Assembly (NCBI GenBank): GCA_964658305.1
Contig: OZ210884.1
Location: forward strand, 4,712,001-4,776,000
Reading direction: 5' to 3'
Origin: Leptogorgia sarmentosa
Lineage: Eukaryota
DNA: 64,000 nucleotides
Part shown: positions 1 to 13,932 of the stretch, piece by piece
Layout of the letters: the number at the start of each line of letters is the position of its first letter
Numbering within the stretch: position 1 is the first letter of the stretch
Translations under genes and position numbers: made by a program
The notes under the pieces: generated by a model
What the model was told of the DNA's origin: nothing
The model's input: the letters and a program-made list of their open reading frames with translations, nothing else
The model's database searches: none

Positions 1-14
1 AGTAACTAGCTTAC

Positions 15-3000
15 CAAATGCAATAATCATATCTTGAATTGAACCACTGTGTGTGAAATTTCCTTGATTTCGAAGCGATTCCTTTGAGAATTTTTCAATG
101 CGGTTATTCATTGTATCCAAGACGTAAAAATTAAAAACATCTGAAGTTAATTTGATTGAGTCAGAATATGTTTTGTTCAGGTCAGTTGTTGGTCCTTCGA
201 ATGATGTTCGCATCACCCTGTGACTGCTTCCATCGTAATTAACCCAGTAGATAACGTTATTGAATTGATCGATTGAAATTGATTGTGCAGCACCATCAGA
301 CATGAACTCCGTTATGGATTGAGTTGATGGATTGTAGCGCACGATGGTTGGATCACTTGTCTTCGCAATATAGAGGTACCTGTGAAAAAAACAACATTTC
401 TTCACAATTTTCCTTCCACGCACATTTCATGAGGGCATGCGCATTTTACCGTATGCATTGTGAGCATCATGTAGAAATTAGTGAGAAAAGATGCTTATGA
501 GAAAAGAGCGTATCGCGCTTTAAAACAATGGGGCAAAACTTTCAATTCAACTGCTTTCAATTCCCAAAGTAATTTAATTCGAAAATACCATAAAAACAGT
601 AACTATTTTTACAAAGGAATAATTTGCAAAATCAGAGAAAGGTTCAAGAAAGTCCAAGACAAGACATATTATTAACGAAAATTTTCTAGATCGTATTTTA
701 GTTTGTTTGAATGAATCGAAAGTACGGTTACCCGGAATCGTCGGCATATAGTTATGTAAACATCGGTATTCAGTTTATTTCTAGCTTATACCAGGCCCTC
801 GATATTGTGACACACATTGTGCTATTTTGAAGAACCTGTTTAGCTTTATTTTAACATTTTCCCCCGAAACTCAAACTTTGGTGAAGGTGGCCTGCATTCA
901 ACGTTCCATAAACTTTCATCAACAATGCAGTAAAATTTGCTAGTCACAAAATTGCATGTAAATTTGGTCTGATTGCGCATGCCCGATCATATCAAAGCTA
1001 GTATATAAGACAATTAAGCGATATACGAACCGACGACGAGAATTTTGCTGCTGTACGACACAATTCATGCACCCACAAATTGACTCAATGCGGGAAAATT
1101 AAATGATACACAATTACTGCAACAAAATTTTAAGCATAATGATTTACCCGTTTCTCGTGTCAACTTCTAAATCCCTTACACCAGCAACCGCTGACGCACC
1201 AGGGACTTCATTGTCTTCACCGCTAGTGATATTGTAAACAAATAACTTTTGTGAGAATTCGTGATAATAATATATCAAGTTGTTGCGACCATCCACAGCG
1301 AAAACTTCAACATCGTTGATGTTAAAGTCAGTAGAATTTGAGCCATCCAAATCATAACTTGTCATCTTTTCAGTGTCAGTATCATAAAGATAAAGACGTT
1401 TGTTTATATTATCAACTGACAATGAGGCACTCGCGCGGTTGTCGACAATCGTTCGGACACTTGAAGCTTCTTCTGTGTCGTATGCTGATGTCCCGGATGA
1501 TGTGGAGAAGAACAAATATGGAACTTGGCAGCTGTCTAAAGAATCAGAAATTTGAACAGGAAATTCATTGATTATATACCTAATTTAGATTTCTCGAAAT
1601 ACGGAAACTTTTACTGCAGTTGAATATTCTAAAAGATATATTTTTCCGTGAATAATATATTTCTCAGAAATCATTTTGAACATGTCAGTGTAGTGAATAT
1701 TAGATGTATGTAGCAAATAATTTTCTAATGATCCGTTCAATGTTTTTCACAGCTGTCATTTTTGCATGCATGGAACACTGCCTTAATTTGCTTGTTTAAG
1801 AGCAATAAACAAGCCAAATTTCGACTTTCTAGAGTGCAGGTTTTTCTAGAACTGCACGGTATATCGATTATACAATTTTATTACTGTCATGACAGTATTA
1901 AGGTATTATAGAATATTAGCTAGCTACAGTGTAATGAACTTAATGAAGGTATTATAATTATAGGGATTAAAATTTAACAGCTGAAAACCGCAAAAAATTT
2001 TTAAATATTCGCTGTTTCCAGTGCACAATTAGATCGATGAGAAAAAAACTTTCGGTATACCTGCACAGCCGTTTGCCCCATCATCGACGAAACCTGCATC
2101 ACAATTGCAGGTAAATGAGCCAGGATTGTTCACACAACTAGCATTTGCGTGACATTGTTCTAGTTTACATTCGTCGATATCTACAAGGCAGAAATTTTTT
2201 TTAATGTACCTACAATATGATAACCCTTTAATTTTGTTGATGAATATCCCTCCAGGTTCCGTATGCTATACCATGCATGCATAATACGATTGTTTGTCAA
2301 GTCGAGCACCGAATGAAACTAAATGTAGTCAAAATGCTCTTGTTGTCTGAGCAGAGGGATAGTCGACTCTGGCTCTCGACTATCTGCTTGCATAGACGAC
2401 TCGCCCTCTTCGTCAATAATTCTTGGATAGTTGGAAAGATACGAGTCCGAAAGGTGCAATTGCGTCGGTGAAATTTCAAAACGTATTCACAAAGTAGTTC
2501 CCGCAGCCGCTCTCGGGAATTTTATTTATATTAGTATATTAGTATCATTTAACTGAATTTAAATATCTTTCCATTGACTTGTATGAAAAATACGATCCAC
2601 AGTACCTTCACATGCTGTACCATTTCCAGTATATCCAGTGTTGCATGAGCAGGTAAAATTAGTGAAATCATTCACACAGGTAGACTGCGGGTCACAGAAT
2701 GTACCAGCACAACATTCATCTTGATCTGTTGAAACAAAAATATTTAACTTGTCAGTAATTGATGGCAAGGTTTTATATGAAGCCAAAATTCCGTTGGCAC
2801 TGCCGAACATAGCTACTAAATGGAATAAACCCCTTAAATAAATACCATGAAATATATTTTTTTATTCAAATCTGAAATTCTATTGAAGTATTTTAAATGG
2901 TTGGTCGTATCTGTGTCGTCTTCAATTAATTTATCTCACAGTTCTTGCTAGTTTTTGTGAAGTAAATTGACCAATCGACAAAGTGAGGTATCTCCCCGCC

Positions 3001-6000
3001 GCCCCGCCCCGTTCGCCCGCCTAGGAGTCAAACATTTTTTCAGAGCCATTAGTGGGCGTGGCATTTCAAATTTTTCGGTGGGCGTGGCTTTGAACTCCAC
3101 AAAGGCGTGACATTTACGATTTTTTGTCTGCGATCTGTGTCTGCAAATGTATTTTGACTGTTTCGCTCGATTTCAAGACTCATCAGCATGCCTAGGATGA
3201 GTTTGACTAATGGTCGCGGGTCGCGTGTCGCGGGTAAAAAGTCGCGGGTAAAAAGTCGCGGGTAAAAAGTCGCGGGTCGAATAAAGTGTGTAAAAATTAC
3301 GTTAGAATTTATTTAATACATAATTCGCATAATAAAATTACGTGGTGTATACTAGAAACTTTATTTAATACTGTTTTAAAATAACCATATAATAGATATA
3401 TCCATACTACGACATTTTAATAACACAGTATGCATACGACTATAACCATACAACTCTATATTTAAGTCGCTGTTCTCTAACTGTTGTTTCTGGAGAGCAC
3501 TGATCGATGCGTAGAGGCTTGACGACAAACGCACTGAGGCATTGAATAGCGGATTTTACGGCTGATACGGTCAGAAATTGGATGGCAATATGTATTACTA
3601 AAGTCAGGACTATAAATATAGTAATGTGTAACATGATGTTTTTGCATTATTATACGTCTATCGTTCGTCCTCACTAACAGAACCACTATAACGACTTAAG
3701 AGTATAAAAGGTGTTTCGACATATTCAAGAGAGTATATCTTTGCCTAGGATACACGCACAGTCCGCCATCAATTATGGATAACGTACGCGTATGCATCCG
3801 GACATGGACAGCCCTTTTCAAAGGCCTATCAAAAAGAGCGAACTGGTTTTACCTAAGGCGCCAGCAAGACTTATATTTCGGAACTCAAATTACTGTATTT
3901 CATCAGTCATCGCTGCTTTAATTTTAATACAAAATAAGACCGTATTCGTAAATTATACCAAGAGTTTTAAGGCACATGAATATGAATATGAATAATGAAT
4001 TAATATGATTTGGTCAACGTTTGTCGTATAACTTATTTACATTGACCTTTGCACCGACCTCGCAAACGTATGCTAATTTTCTCAAAGGTCAACTATATCA
4101 CATTTCATATATTTACAACTGTTAATGCTCCAAGTAAAGACTCTTACCGTCACGGACAGCTAGCTTCCCGAAGCGCTTCTGTTGTCTTCGTCGAATCCGA
4201 AGCGACATTCAGCTCTTTCAGAAGGCTCTCGTTCGCCTTTCTTATCGACACTTCATCGTTTCATTAAAACGCCGCTTTAATATGCTCGTATTCAATCATT
4301 TTTGAATAAAAACATTCACCGCTCGATTCAATTTCCACTGATGCGAACTTATAACTTGAGCACACTTTCTCAATTACATGACGATCAGTAAAAGAACGAA
4401 TATTATTCTTATATTATTATGCGTTAAACGCGCATGCTGATGAGTCAAAAATCGAAGCAGACAAAGCAGACCCTACGTAAATCGCAAACCGACCAATCAC
4501 ACAATTGACAAAACTCTCGCATATTAATGAGAATAAAGCAGACCCCAGCGAAGAATAAAGCAAAATTCGGCTTTGACCAATCAGGTCTCTGCACTCATTA
4601 CGTCAAATTTAAGCAGACCCCCGCAAACATAAAGCAAAATGTGTCTAAGCGAATCAAATGGCTGGATTGGCAAATTTTGCTCGGTATAGAGATCAGTGGT
4701 TTCTGATCTGGACCCCTTGTCGAGAATATTAATTTGCGAAGAACAGAATGAAAAAAGTAACTGGAGTGCTGGTTCTTCTTGAATATTTTTGACTATTAAT
4801 CAGCCGAATTTTAGGTAAGTCGCGTGCTTTATTTGACTAACCCTAGATCCGCCACTATCTCCAAAGTTTTGAAATTTTTAACGTTATAGAGATGCATGCA
4901 TGCATGTGCACAGCTCAAAAATATGGCATCGTGTTATTTTTTTCCAATACAGACTATACAGTGCAACGTCTATCACTCATTGTCGTGCAATATGGCGCTT
5001 TTTTCCAGGACAATTCTTTTATCTTAAAACTCAAATACATACCAAATGCGATTTCAATTCCATTTGTACCACTGGGAACATCAATTGTTCCCATTAGCGC
5101 CCATGTATTCTTCTGGTACTTGTAGATTGTTTCATTCGAAGGGATCAAAACATATAGGTAATGTTGATCTTGAGCAATTTTAATTTCTCCAGGATCAGAT
5201 ATATTCAAGTTTATGGTTTCATTGGAATAGGAGGTACGCATCACAGTGTGCATTGGATCGACGTAGTTCACCCAGTACACTTCACCATTCTGACCATCAA
5301 CAGAAACATCTTGAGGAGAGTCGCCTTCTTTTTTGATCACATCCAACACTTTTGTCTCGACATTATAACGCTGTATATTGTCATCACTTCTCTTGGCAAT
5401 AACTAGATAGCTAAGAGAAAAACCTGTGTATAAGAAGTGTCTATGTTTCTATATAGGAAATCGGAAATCCAACTTGTTGATTTTTCTCGCTGGAGTAAAA
5501 ACGTAGAATCTTACTCGAACGGTTGACGCTCAATGATTATAATTAAACAAACGATCCCCTTGCCAAATATATGACGAAAATTATAGGCGCAATGATTTGA
5601 GTTCGAAAAGTGAAGGGGACCATGGGGTCGTTAATACATTTCGAATTCATTCCGTTTGGGTTGTATTTGACAACAACAATATTGTCAAATTAAATGCAAT
5701 TTATTGATGACTGGTATTAATTAATTTTCAAAGAATTTATATTTGTAGTCTTTCAGCTCGAGCTCAGAAGGAGCTCCTTAATTCTGCTGATTTTTTTTAA
5801 AAAAATGTTCATATTTTCTCAGCAATCCTGGTGCATTTTCGAGCGGATCTAATTACATTGCATACAAAAGGTAAACTTACTTATTAACATCGTCCATGTC
5901 GACGTATTTCGCACTGATACCAGTGTCAGTAGATGCCATGGTAGTCATATTCAAAACGTAGAAAGTTTCGGTTAATGAGCGGACGCAATAGATTACATTG

Positions 6001-6849
6001 TTCCTGCCATCAACAGTGAACGATTCAACACTTGATAGTGCTCCGATGTTTCTTACATCTGAACCGTCTTGTTCAACGCTATAAAAGTTGCCCGACACGT
6101 AGTAGAACAAACGTCTGGAGATGGGGTCATAGTCCATGTCTATGGCTCCCCCACTAACAAGACTTGCTTCTCTTGTGACGTTATTGATTGTGACTTGGTA
6201 GTTTATTTCACTAGCACCATAGTACACAATTACAGGGATTTCGCACGAAGCGTTACCTGGAAACAAAAAGTGGTAGCTATATATATTCATTTGTTAATTA
6301 GGTTGATCCTTCCTATAAAGCAAAGCAACAGTAATCTATTAACTGATACTTATGCATTTGGTGTTCCGAAACAAGACCTTCCCAACATCAAATGTTTTAT
6401 ACTGATCTATCTAATAAATTATCACGAATTGAGAATTTTAAAAGTAACACTTTCCCCCCTAGGTATTTCTCGAATTTTAATTACACATACTGAATTGATG
6501 ACAGCATGATAAACGTGTCCTGGACACTACGCGTGTGTTTCATGCTTCATGCTGCCCCTTGTAATAATTATTAGCCTCACATTCAGGCATTACAAATCAA
6601 AAATTGCAAAAGTAAAAAAGTCATAATTCAGCATTTTCATAACTCAGAAGAATATAATTGCAAATTGAACGAAAAATTATATTTGTTACAAGTTTCACCA
6701 TACTTTCGATTTAGCGCATTGAAAATATTTTTAATGAACCTAGCCCGATATGCTTAATAGTATATAGTTATGTAGTAAATATTCTTACTTGCACTGCCCT
6801 GTGTCTGTGTAACCAGTACCGCTAACACTAAGGCTGCAAACACTGCCAT
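15..6849 (-). CDS. Gene A (3' end lies beyond the left window edge): signal peptide - beta-propeller type P2 - EGF - cbEGF - beta-propeller type P3 - ...; paralogue of genes B and C
   Basis: Exons on the minus strand: 6849-6789 (MAVFAALVLAVLVTQTQGSA, signal peptide), 6256-5881, 5410-5043, 2725-2606 ([14 protein letters not shown]), 2180-2061 (DIDECKLEQC cbEGF), 1535-1148, 379-15. All have AG/GT boundaries and compatible phases. The propeller exons carry YWVN motifs and VDGRNN repeats. Near-identical to gene C exons at 38314-42312. Confidence 0.88.
3021..4846. mobile_element. Probable nested non-autonomous element(s) expanding gene A intron 3
   Basis: This intron is about 2.3 kb in gene A versus about 250 nt at the equivalent position in gene C (39489-39741). 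Imperfect inverted ends CTAGGAGTCAAA / TTTGACTAACCCTAG. Internal GTCGCGGG and AAGCAGACCC repeats. No transposase ORF seen. Confidence 0.4.
3213..3277. repeat. Short GC-rich tandem repeat (GTCGCGGGTAAAAA x3 plus partial units) inside an intronic insertion
   Basis: 14-nt units at 3227, 3241 and 3255, a partial unit at 3269, preceded by GTCGCG heptamer variants. Confidence 0.85.
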
Positions 6850-9800
6850 CTACAAGAACAAAAAGAGTTGTAAGGTTAGTTGTGATTAGAGTCAGGATAC
6901 TTTTATGAATCAATTATACTCTTTTTTCATACTTTGCGTCATATCTGAAAACGATTTGAAAACAACTTTGAATGGTTCACGATCAGCATTTACACCACCA
7001 ACATTCAAATACGGCGAACACGGGTACATGCAGATATATGGACCAAATTGTCATTTTACGTGTCACTTCTCCGGGGTTCTTCCAACTTCGAATTGGGATT
7101 TTTTAATCAGTAGAAAAGTTGGATGTGAAAAATATAAAAAATCATTTATTCTGGTTTCCTATCTGTTCAAGGAATATTTTCATGAAAACGAAGGTTTCCA
7201 ATAATGCATACGAGCGCACCTCTATCTCATAGACTATCGTGTAGGCCTGCTTAGTACATGGAGGTTAAGCTTAGAATATCGAACAAATTTATGCATTCGG
7301 TGAGCAATCAAAATAATGTTTCAATTGGAAAGGAACACCCATGCATATACAGCTTCATGTAAATCATATTCCGAGTTTAAAATTTACGTTAACTTAGTCG
7401 CATGGTGGAAGTTAATGCGATTTGAATTTTTGTTGTTCGCTCTTCAAGCTAAACAGCCAGGCCCTATTGAATTTCGACCGTAATTGAGCTATGCCCAGTG
7501 TTATTTTTTGTCATGGTTGCAATATCGGTAGCTATACCTGAAGTTTTAGAGTATTATTTTGTACGAATTGGGAGAATTTTGCAGATGTCCACTATCAGTC
7601 GGTGGCTGTAACGCAGGAATTTTACGTTTCGCCTCGATTTTTTATGTCGTCGTCGGTGAGAATACATATTACGTCATAATCCCAAAATGCATCATGGCGC
7701 ATGCGCATAGAAGAATACGCATAATGCATCCAAACTCACATTCGCCCATTAGACCTGACAAATTGCCATTTTCGAACTTTGATGCAATCAATTTATTTTC
7801 TACCAGTGAAATATTTAAACCTGGAAAAATTTGGATTTTTAGGTTGTCCTATCTTAGCCGGAAACTGATGTAACCTCCTGACTGAAGGCTCGTTTCCACT
7901 GATTACAAAAGCCAAATCACGACCTTAGTGCGAGAACTTTTATTATCAAATTGCAGTATTTGAAAGCACTCGCTGTAAGTTTCGCGAGATGAAATTTGAG
8001 ATGTGTGTGGAAAAGAGGCTCTAAACCTAGTTCTTTCTTAATTTGCCACATATCGACAAATTGAGTCCTATGTAGCCACAATATAACTTGCGACACGATC
8101 TCGTGATTCTTATCCGACATATTCTGTTGTTTTTAATTCTGCAAATTGCACGAGAGTTATTTATGCACGAATGACGAAAAATATAAAAAAAATTAAATAT
8201 TTAGTTTATATGTCACGAATGATGAAAATGCCGTAAATGTTGCATATTCAAGAGGATATTTTGTCCATCCAACTTGTCAAGAATAGGCGCGAAAATTGCG
8301 CTCGTGTGCGGTGGGCTTAACAATGCGGGTTGATCTGAAAGTAATTATGAATAGTCGTCTTTATGAATTAAGTCCTTTTCATCTTCCTTAACAACGGCAA
8401 ATGCAAGAATGAAAATTGCATTGAGAAACACGCCTATCATTAAGTGCTATTAACGCGTTGTAAATAAAGACCACTGGTGCCAGTCATTCAATTACAACAT
8501 TGTTGCAATACCAATCTTTGAACTATTCAGTATGCGATGAAGCAGCAAAACATGCAACTATTTTTTGGCGACTTGCTTGTTAGAAACAAACATTTTGTAC
8601 AATATATCATTATATATCGCATTCAGATTGAACTGAGTAAAACCACCATTAAAATTAACACCTTCTATTCCCCGAGCACCAATCTTAATCACCATCCATG
8701 TCATGATCATTTAACTGAATAGACACAATTTTTGCGCCTATGTTATATATTGTAAAACAACCCGAAAGGAGATCGGGAAGAGTTTCTTCGTCGCACCATT
8801 ATGGTAACGCATAATTATCATTCATTCATTCTACAAGCAATCTTGTGATAGTTTTCATTCAGTTATTTTCATTCACTTAAAACATTGCTGCAATAGCTAC
8901 CAATCATCAAACCCTTCATTATGCGATCAAGCAGCAAATACCATGCAACGCTATCCTTTGGCGTGTAGTTTCAAACAACTTGCAATTCGTTGTATACAAT
9001 ATGTATGAGAAGAATAGATTAATTTCTAATGCAGGCGAGACGAAAAACATGAAAGCTTTGACTATTGCAAGTTTTTGTGGCCAAATAATGTACGCCTACA
9101 AAGTGCCCATTGGCGTGAGTTCAGATCTATTTTGTTGTAGCTAAACTCGAATTGTATACTCCGGCCTACGTTGGTTGTATCATTTTATCAGTTATAAAGA
9201 AAGGATATAGCCTATACATAGGTACGGTGCACAAATTGTCAAAATCTAGCTACCCAATGAGATATCAAGATCACTTTTACGATTTTTCCCAACTCCAAGT
9301 AGAACAATAAAACTAAGAGATATACATTGCACAATTGAATATTGCCGGTCTTCAAAATTAAGAAATTAAATGGTTTAAAATTCCTTTTCAAATGCAACGT
9401 TATTTTGAAAGTGCATGAAGTGCAATGTATACATTTGCGTTGTAATAGTTACGAGTCGTGATATTGTGCACCAATGTAGTCTTTATCAAGAAATAGCTAT
9501 CCACACCCCCGCTGATTCAGCGCAACAATTAAGTAGCCACAATATGCAATTCCCGTTAAGTGCAAACTCAAAGAAACTTTGTTCTCTCAAGAATATGTTG
9601 TCATAAACAACACGTTTTTCTTGAAAGTACTAATCTGTATGCCTGCAATGATTGGTTTTTATAGACTGGGCCACTGTGTCCGACAGCTTTGTGGACTTTA
9701 TGTTGCTGCCAATATCAAGATATTCGCGATGTTCACCAGTTTACACATAACATCAATAATTATTCTGGAATGCGAGTCATCGCCATTTATATGTACATTT

Positions 9801-12800
9801 ATTGATAGCTGTCTTAGTCGGGATTGTTCTTTTCCATGGTTTTGTATTAGAACAAAGGTTGATAATTAGCTTCTGGGTTATCGAGTGTGACAAAATAAAG
9901 CGCATGCATAACGCAACGTCATGATAGCTTGCATGGAGAATCTCTTTAAAACCAGCAAAAAAAAAAACCGACAGTTCTTAAAAACTGTTCCATGAACGGA
10001 ATCATCGGACAGGAAACTTGTATTAACACCGCTGATCTCAAATTAATGGTTCAATAAATAATTGTTTACCCAACAAAAATGTCTGATAGATTGAAGGCCA
10101 AATTTCTTAAGCGTCCTCTTTTCGCATAACGTCATTGCGACTAGGAGACGAAGCTTCAGCGTTTCAGTTCTTTTTAAGCATCGTCTTGTTGTTAACAAAG
10201 ACTAAAACTGTTTATTTAAACTACTTAGAAACGGAAGTGACAAGGACTTCAATTAAATGTCGCAACTCAATGTTAAACGTCAAGGTCGTCATGAATGAAG
10301 GATATTCAACGACATAAAATCTATTAAAATATAAGTTGCTTCAAATATATATTTAATATTTATTGACGCGCTATATGTTTGATCCGGCTGTTGCCACTGT
10401 GGGTGATAATTTCCTCGAAATGGTTGGATTAAATATGCTGCATACCTCGCAGTCACTGCAAAACCACAAAGAAAGATCCAGATGGATATAGATTATTGTG
10501 CTTATCTGCTGGAGATGTAAACATCCTGTATCTTCAGTGTCGAAATGTATATAATATATTCTTATTGTTAATAAAGCGGTCCTAACATTTCAATGAATGT
10601 AAAAGATATATCAAACATTTAAAAAATATTAAAAAAAAGGATTAAGGGGTGGTGGTATATCGTTTATATATTTGTTTGCCGGAAATACGTGATTACTCTG
10701 TTCTGGTGCGTCTTTGTACCTTCACTGTTCATCAAAGTACAGACATTGTGCTTTGATTTGTACACCAAAGAATCAAGTATAATAACTTTAGAATCATGAA
10801 TAATGCGAGACCAGAAATAATAGTTCAAGTACATTAAACTAATATTCCTTGAACAGTCACAACGCGAGCATAAATTTAGCAACATTTCGATATAGGAATA
10901 ATAATGCAAGAATAATTAAAGTCCCGCCCTGTTGAGAGCTCGTATCTGTTTGAGACAGCAATAGCTATAGTGTTAGGAAACACTATAAAATCGGCAAACA
11001 AATGAAAATCACAAAACATTTTTTTGGTGAAAAAACAACGACGAAGAACAATTCAGAACAACAACACGAGAGATGAAATACGTAACCACAATTTACCCTG
11101 ACACAGAACATTATTTAGTTAATACTGCTCTAACGTTGTCGGTTGACCTTATCCTTATGCATGCAGATACCAATACAAAAAATCTTGTTGGAAGCTTCGT
11201 TTTTCATGAAATTGTGTTTTTAATTCACTGCCTCAAAGTCTTGGTTGACATTCTTGCATGCAATGAGATATGAATTTACGAAATGTCATTCCCAAAAATT
11301 AATTGACATCTAAAACGATACACAATAATAGCCCGTGCAACTTACGTCTGAATAAGTACTTGGAGGTCCTGAGGTCCACTTTAAGTACAATTTATGAAAC
11401 TTTATTTGCTTCTATCATTACATCATGGCTTCAGAAAAATCTTATATTCACAGATAGATGTATATGCGATGCCCGCCACGCATGAAATGCAAACTTCTCT
11501 ACAAAAGAATATGTAAAACATATTGGTAATTGGCTTTTGCTATGGTAATATGCACAAAAAATTCTTTGATCTAAAAAAGATAAATAGACTGGAATGACAA
11601 TTGAGCTTATTTCGATATGTAGATATTTGAAAAAGTCTAAGTTTGCTTAGTATTTTTCACTCAAATATATAGACTTTATTTCGATAATTCAAGCATTCCG
11701 TACGCAATGTGAAGATTCACTATTTCAGTTCTTTGTACAACAGACGTTACTATTTTTGGAAGTTTAAGTACGTCTTATATGATAATTAAGGCTCAGTTGA
11801 ACTGCAAAATTAACATGTTATTGATTTAAATGTTTCTATCAAATTAACGACTTATCATCAGTTATCGTCCTCGAACGAGGGGTATTCCACAAAAAATTAC
11901 CTCGAGGAATATTTCATTCCGAGAACTACCGAAAATTTGATTTTCGAAAATTCAACAGGCAAACAAGGGTAATTTTAAGTTCAAAATTCAAGTAGAGGGG
12001 AATATAAAGTGGAATATTACCCTCCCAATGTCAAATTGAGGGGAACATAAAGTCGAATTACCCTGTAAATTCACCGCTCACTTGAAAAATCACTAAATTG
12101 AGTGAAATGTACCTTGAAAAATCTCATTGCCACGAGGTACAAACACCGTTTTTCCATTGGAAAATTTGAATTTGAGGTATAATTATTTTATTCGAATTCA
12201 CTTCTATTTACACTTAAGCCTTAATTATATCATAACAAAGATCAACGCAGGACTTTCCGCGGTGTTCTAGCGAAACAGTTCAAAATCAACTCCATGCAGG
12301 CTACGTTGCCTACGACATATCATGAGCGACAAGGCTCAAATTGAATACTGTATGATATCAATCATCATTAAAAGATTCCTAAATCGTCAACCCCGATTCT
12401 GATCCATCTTATTCAAAATAGACGCAGTTTTTGCGTATGTTTTAAGTAGCCTACAAGACAGATAAACAGCTTGAAACGAAATCGGGATGAATTTCATCGT
12501 CGCACCATTATGGTTACTCTACGTCTCTATGAGACGAATCTACAAACAAGTTTTTGTGTAAAAACATTTGAGTTTTTTTCCCCATCGAGCAGAAATTTAA
12601 ATTGGATGCAAAATAGTTTATCCAGGCAAAGTACAAGCAATACATAAATAAGCCCAAGTTCTTTTTGGTACACTTGATGTTGATGTAACAATCACTACAC
12701 CATTGATAAGTTGTGACTAACATGCCCTATGGAACTGATTTCAATCAAAATATACTCAAAAATGATAAGCAACCTATCGTGACATGAATTAGGATAATTA

Positions 12801-13438
12801 TGCATGAATTTAATCACTTACAAGCGACAAAAAGTTCTCCTATGTTGGCGGAACCACAAGTATGAAATTAGAATGTTCAATTCACAATATCAGTCTTTAA
12901 GTTACAAAGTGATAATGCCAATATATCTGTCAGTAAACTTAAGTGTTGAAGTGTGCCCTACTTTAGTTCGTCGTCTTCCTTACTTAACGTTCTTTGTCCA
13001 ACTGGAACATGGGGAATGTTATTCAAATTTTTGAAACCAATTATGAAGGAAGGATAGTATAATTATCATTTTCCACACAATTTGAAAATGGATCGAGGCA
13101 TCAGAATATGATTATTTTCAGGATATATACAACATATTGGGAAACTCTGCAATACTGAGGCTTCCAGGCTTGGAGCTGCCGAATATCCAGGTTAGTAGCT
13201 AGAACGTTAATTGGGTGTGTGTACTTGATAACGATGCTGGTCCCGTCGGTCGACCAGTACTGTACTTTGCGTACAACCTCTCTGGAGAGTCACACGCCGC
13301 CGCCATCTTTGATAACTTTGTCGCCATCTTTGAAGCTGCACATCAGTGGTTATTTGTAGGTCGCCACAGTCCCTTTTACAAAATTTGGTTATTAACAAAA
13401 AATACTGGTTGAAAATGGATAAATTTTTATCACCTAAT

Positions 13439-13456
13439 TAACCCTAACCCTAACCC
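13439..13456. repeat. Interstitial (TAACCC)3 telomere-like tract, probably part of a repeat element
   Basis: TAACCCTAACCCTAACCC read directly. Confidence 0.6.
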
Positions 13457-13932
13457 TTTCCTTCCTTGTATGGCTTCATTTTTTATCTAAGAGCACGTTG
13501 GAGAACAGTACTTTCGAATCATGTAGATAAAACATACTAAATCCTATAGAAATAGAAAGCCAACTAAACGAAAATCAAGCAATAGTTTTTAGTTTTTTTT
13601 GTGGTTTTGGCCTTTCAGCAAAGAATCCGAGACTATTTTTCCATCCTTTAAAAAGAAAAAGCATCAGCGCTGAGCGCTTTTTATAATGATAACCATGCTT
13701 AGATTGTGTATAATTAGCTACATGTGATTATGCTATACTCAATCCCATCTCTTCATTGCGATCCTTTAGGCCGTTTCCCATTTCTGCTCTGCCCGCGTGG
13801 GCCCAGCGAACCTGTTTAACTTCGCTACCTATCGCGGTCTAATCAGAGATCTGATCTGTCTGTTTTTGCGTGCCCGGACATGCACTTAAGGCCGTTTTCC
13901 ACTACTGTCGCTTTGCCCGCGCAAAAAAATCA

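Noticed and set aside
1338..1571. ORFs conserved between duplicates on the opposite strand (1338+/40711-, 5161+/39071-, 6069+/38241-, 16610-/33804-)
   Set aside because: They are antisense shadows of the duplicated real exons.
3213..3277. GTCGCGGGTAAAAA repeats as a CRISPR-like array
   Set aside because: Head-to-tail units with no unique spacers, eukaryotic intron context and no cas genes.
11787..12225. Possible MITE with AATTAAGGCT / AGCCTTAATT ends
   Set aside because: The inverted match is short and AT-rich and the TSD is ambiguous; insufficient to call.
13439..13456. Telomere or chromosome-fusion site
   Set aside because: Only three units; such short tracts commonly occur within repeats.
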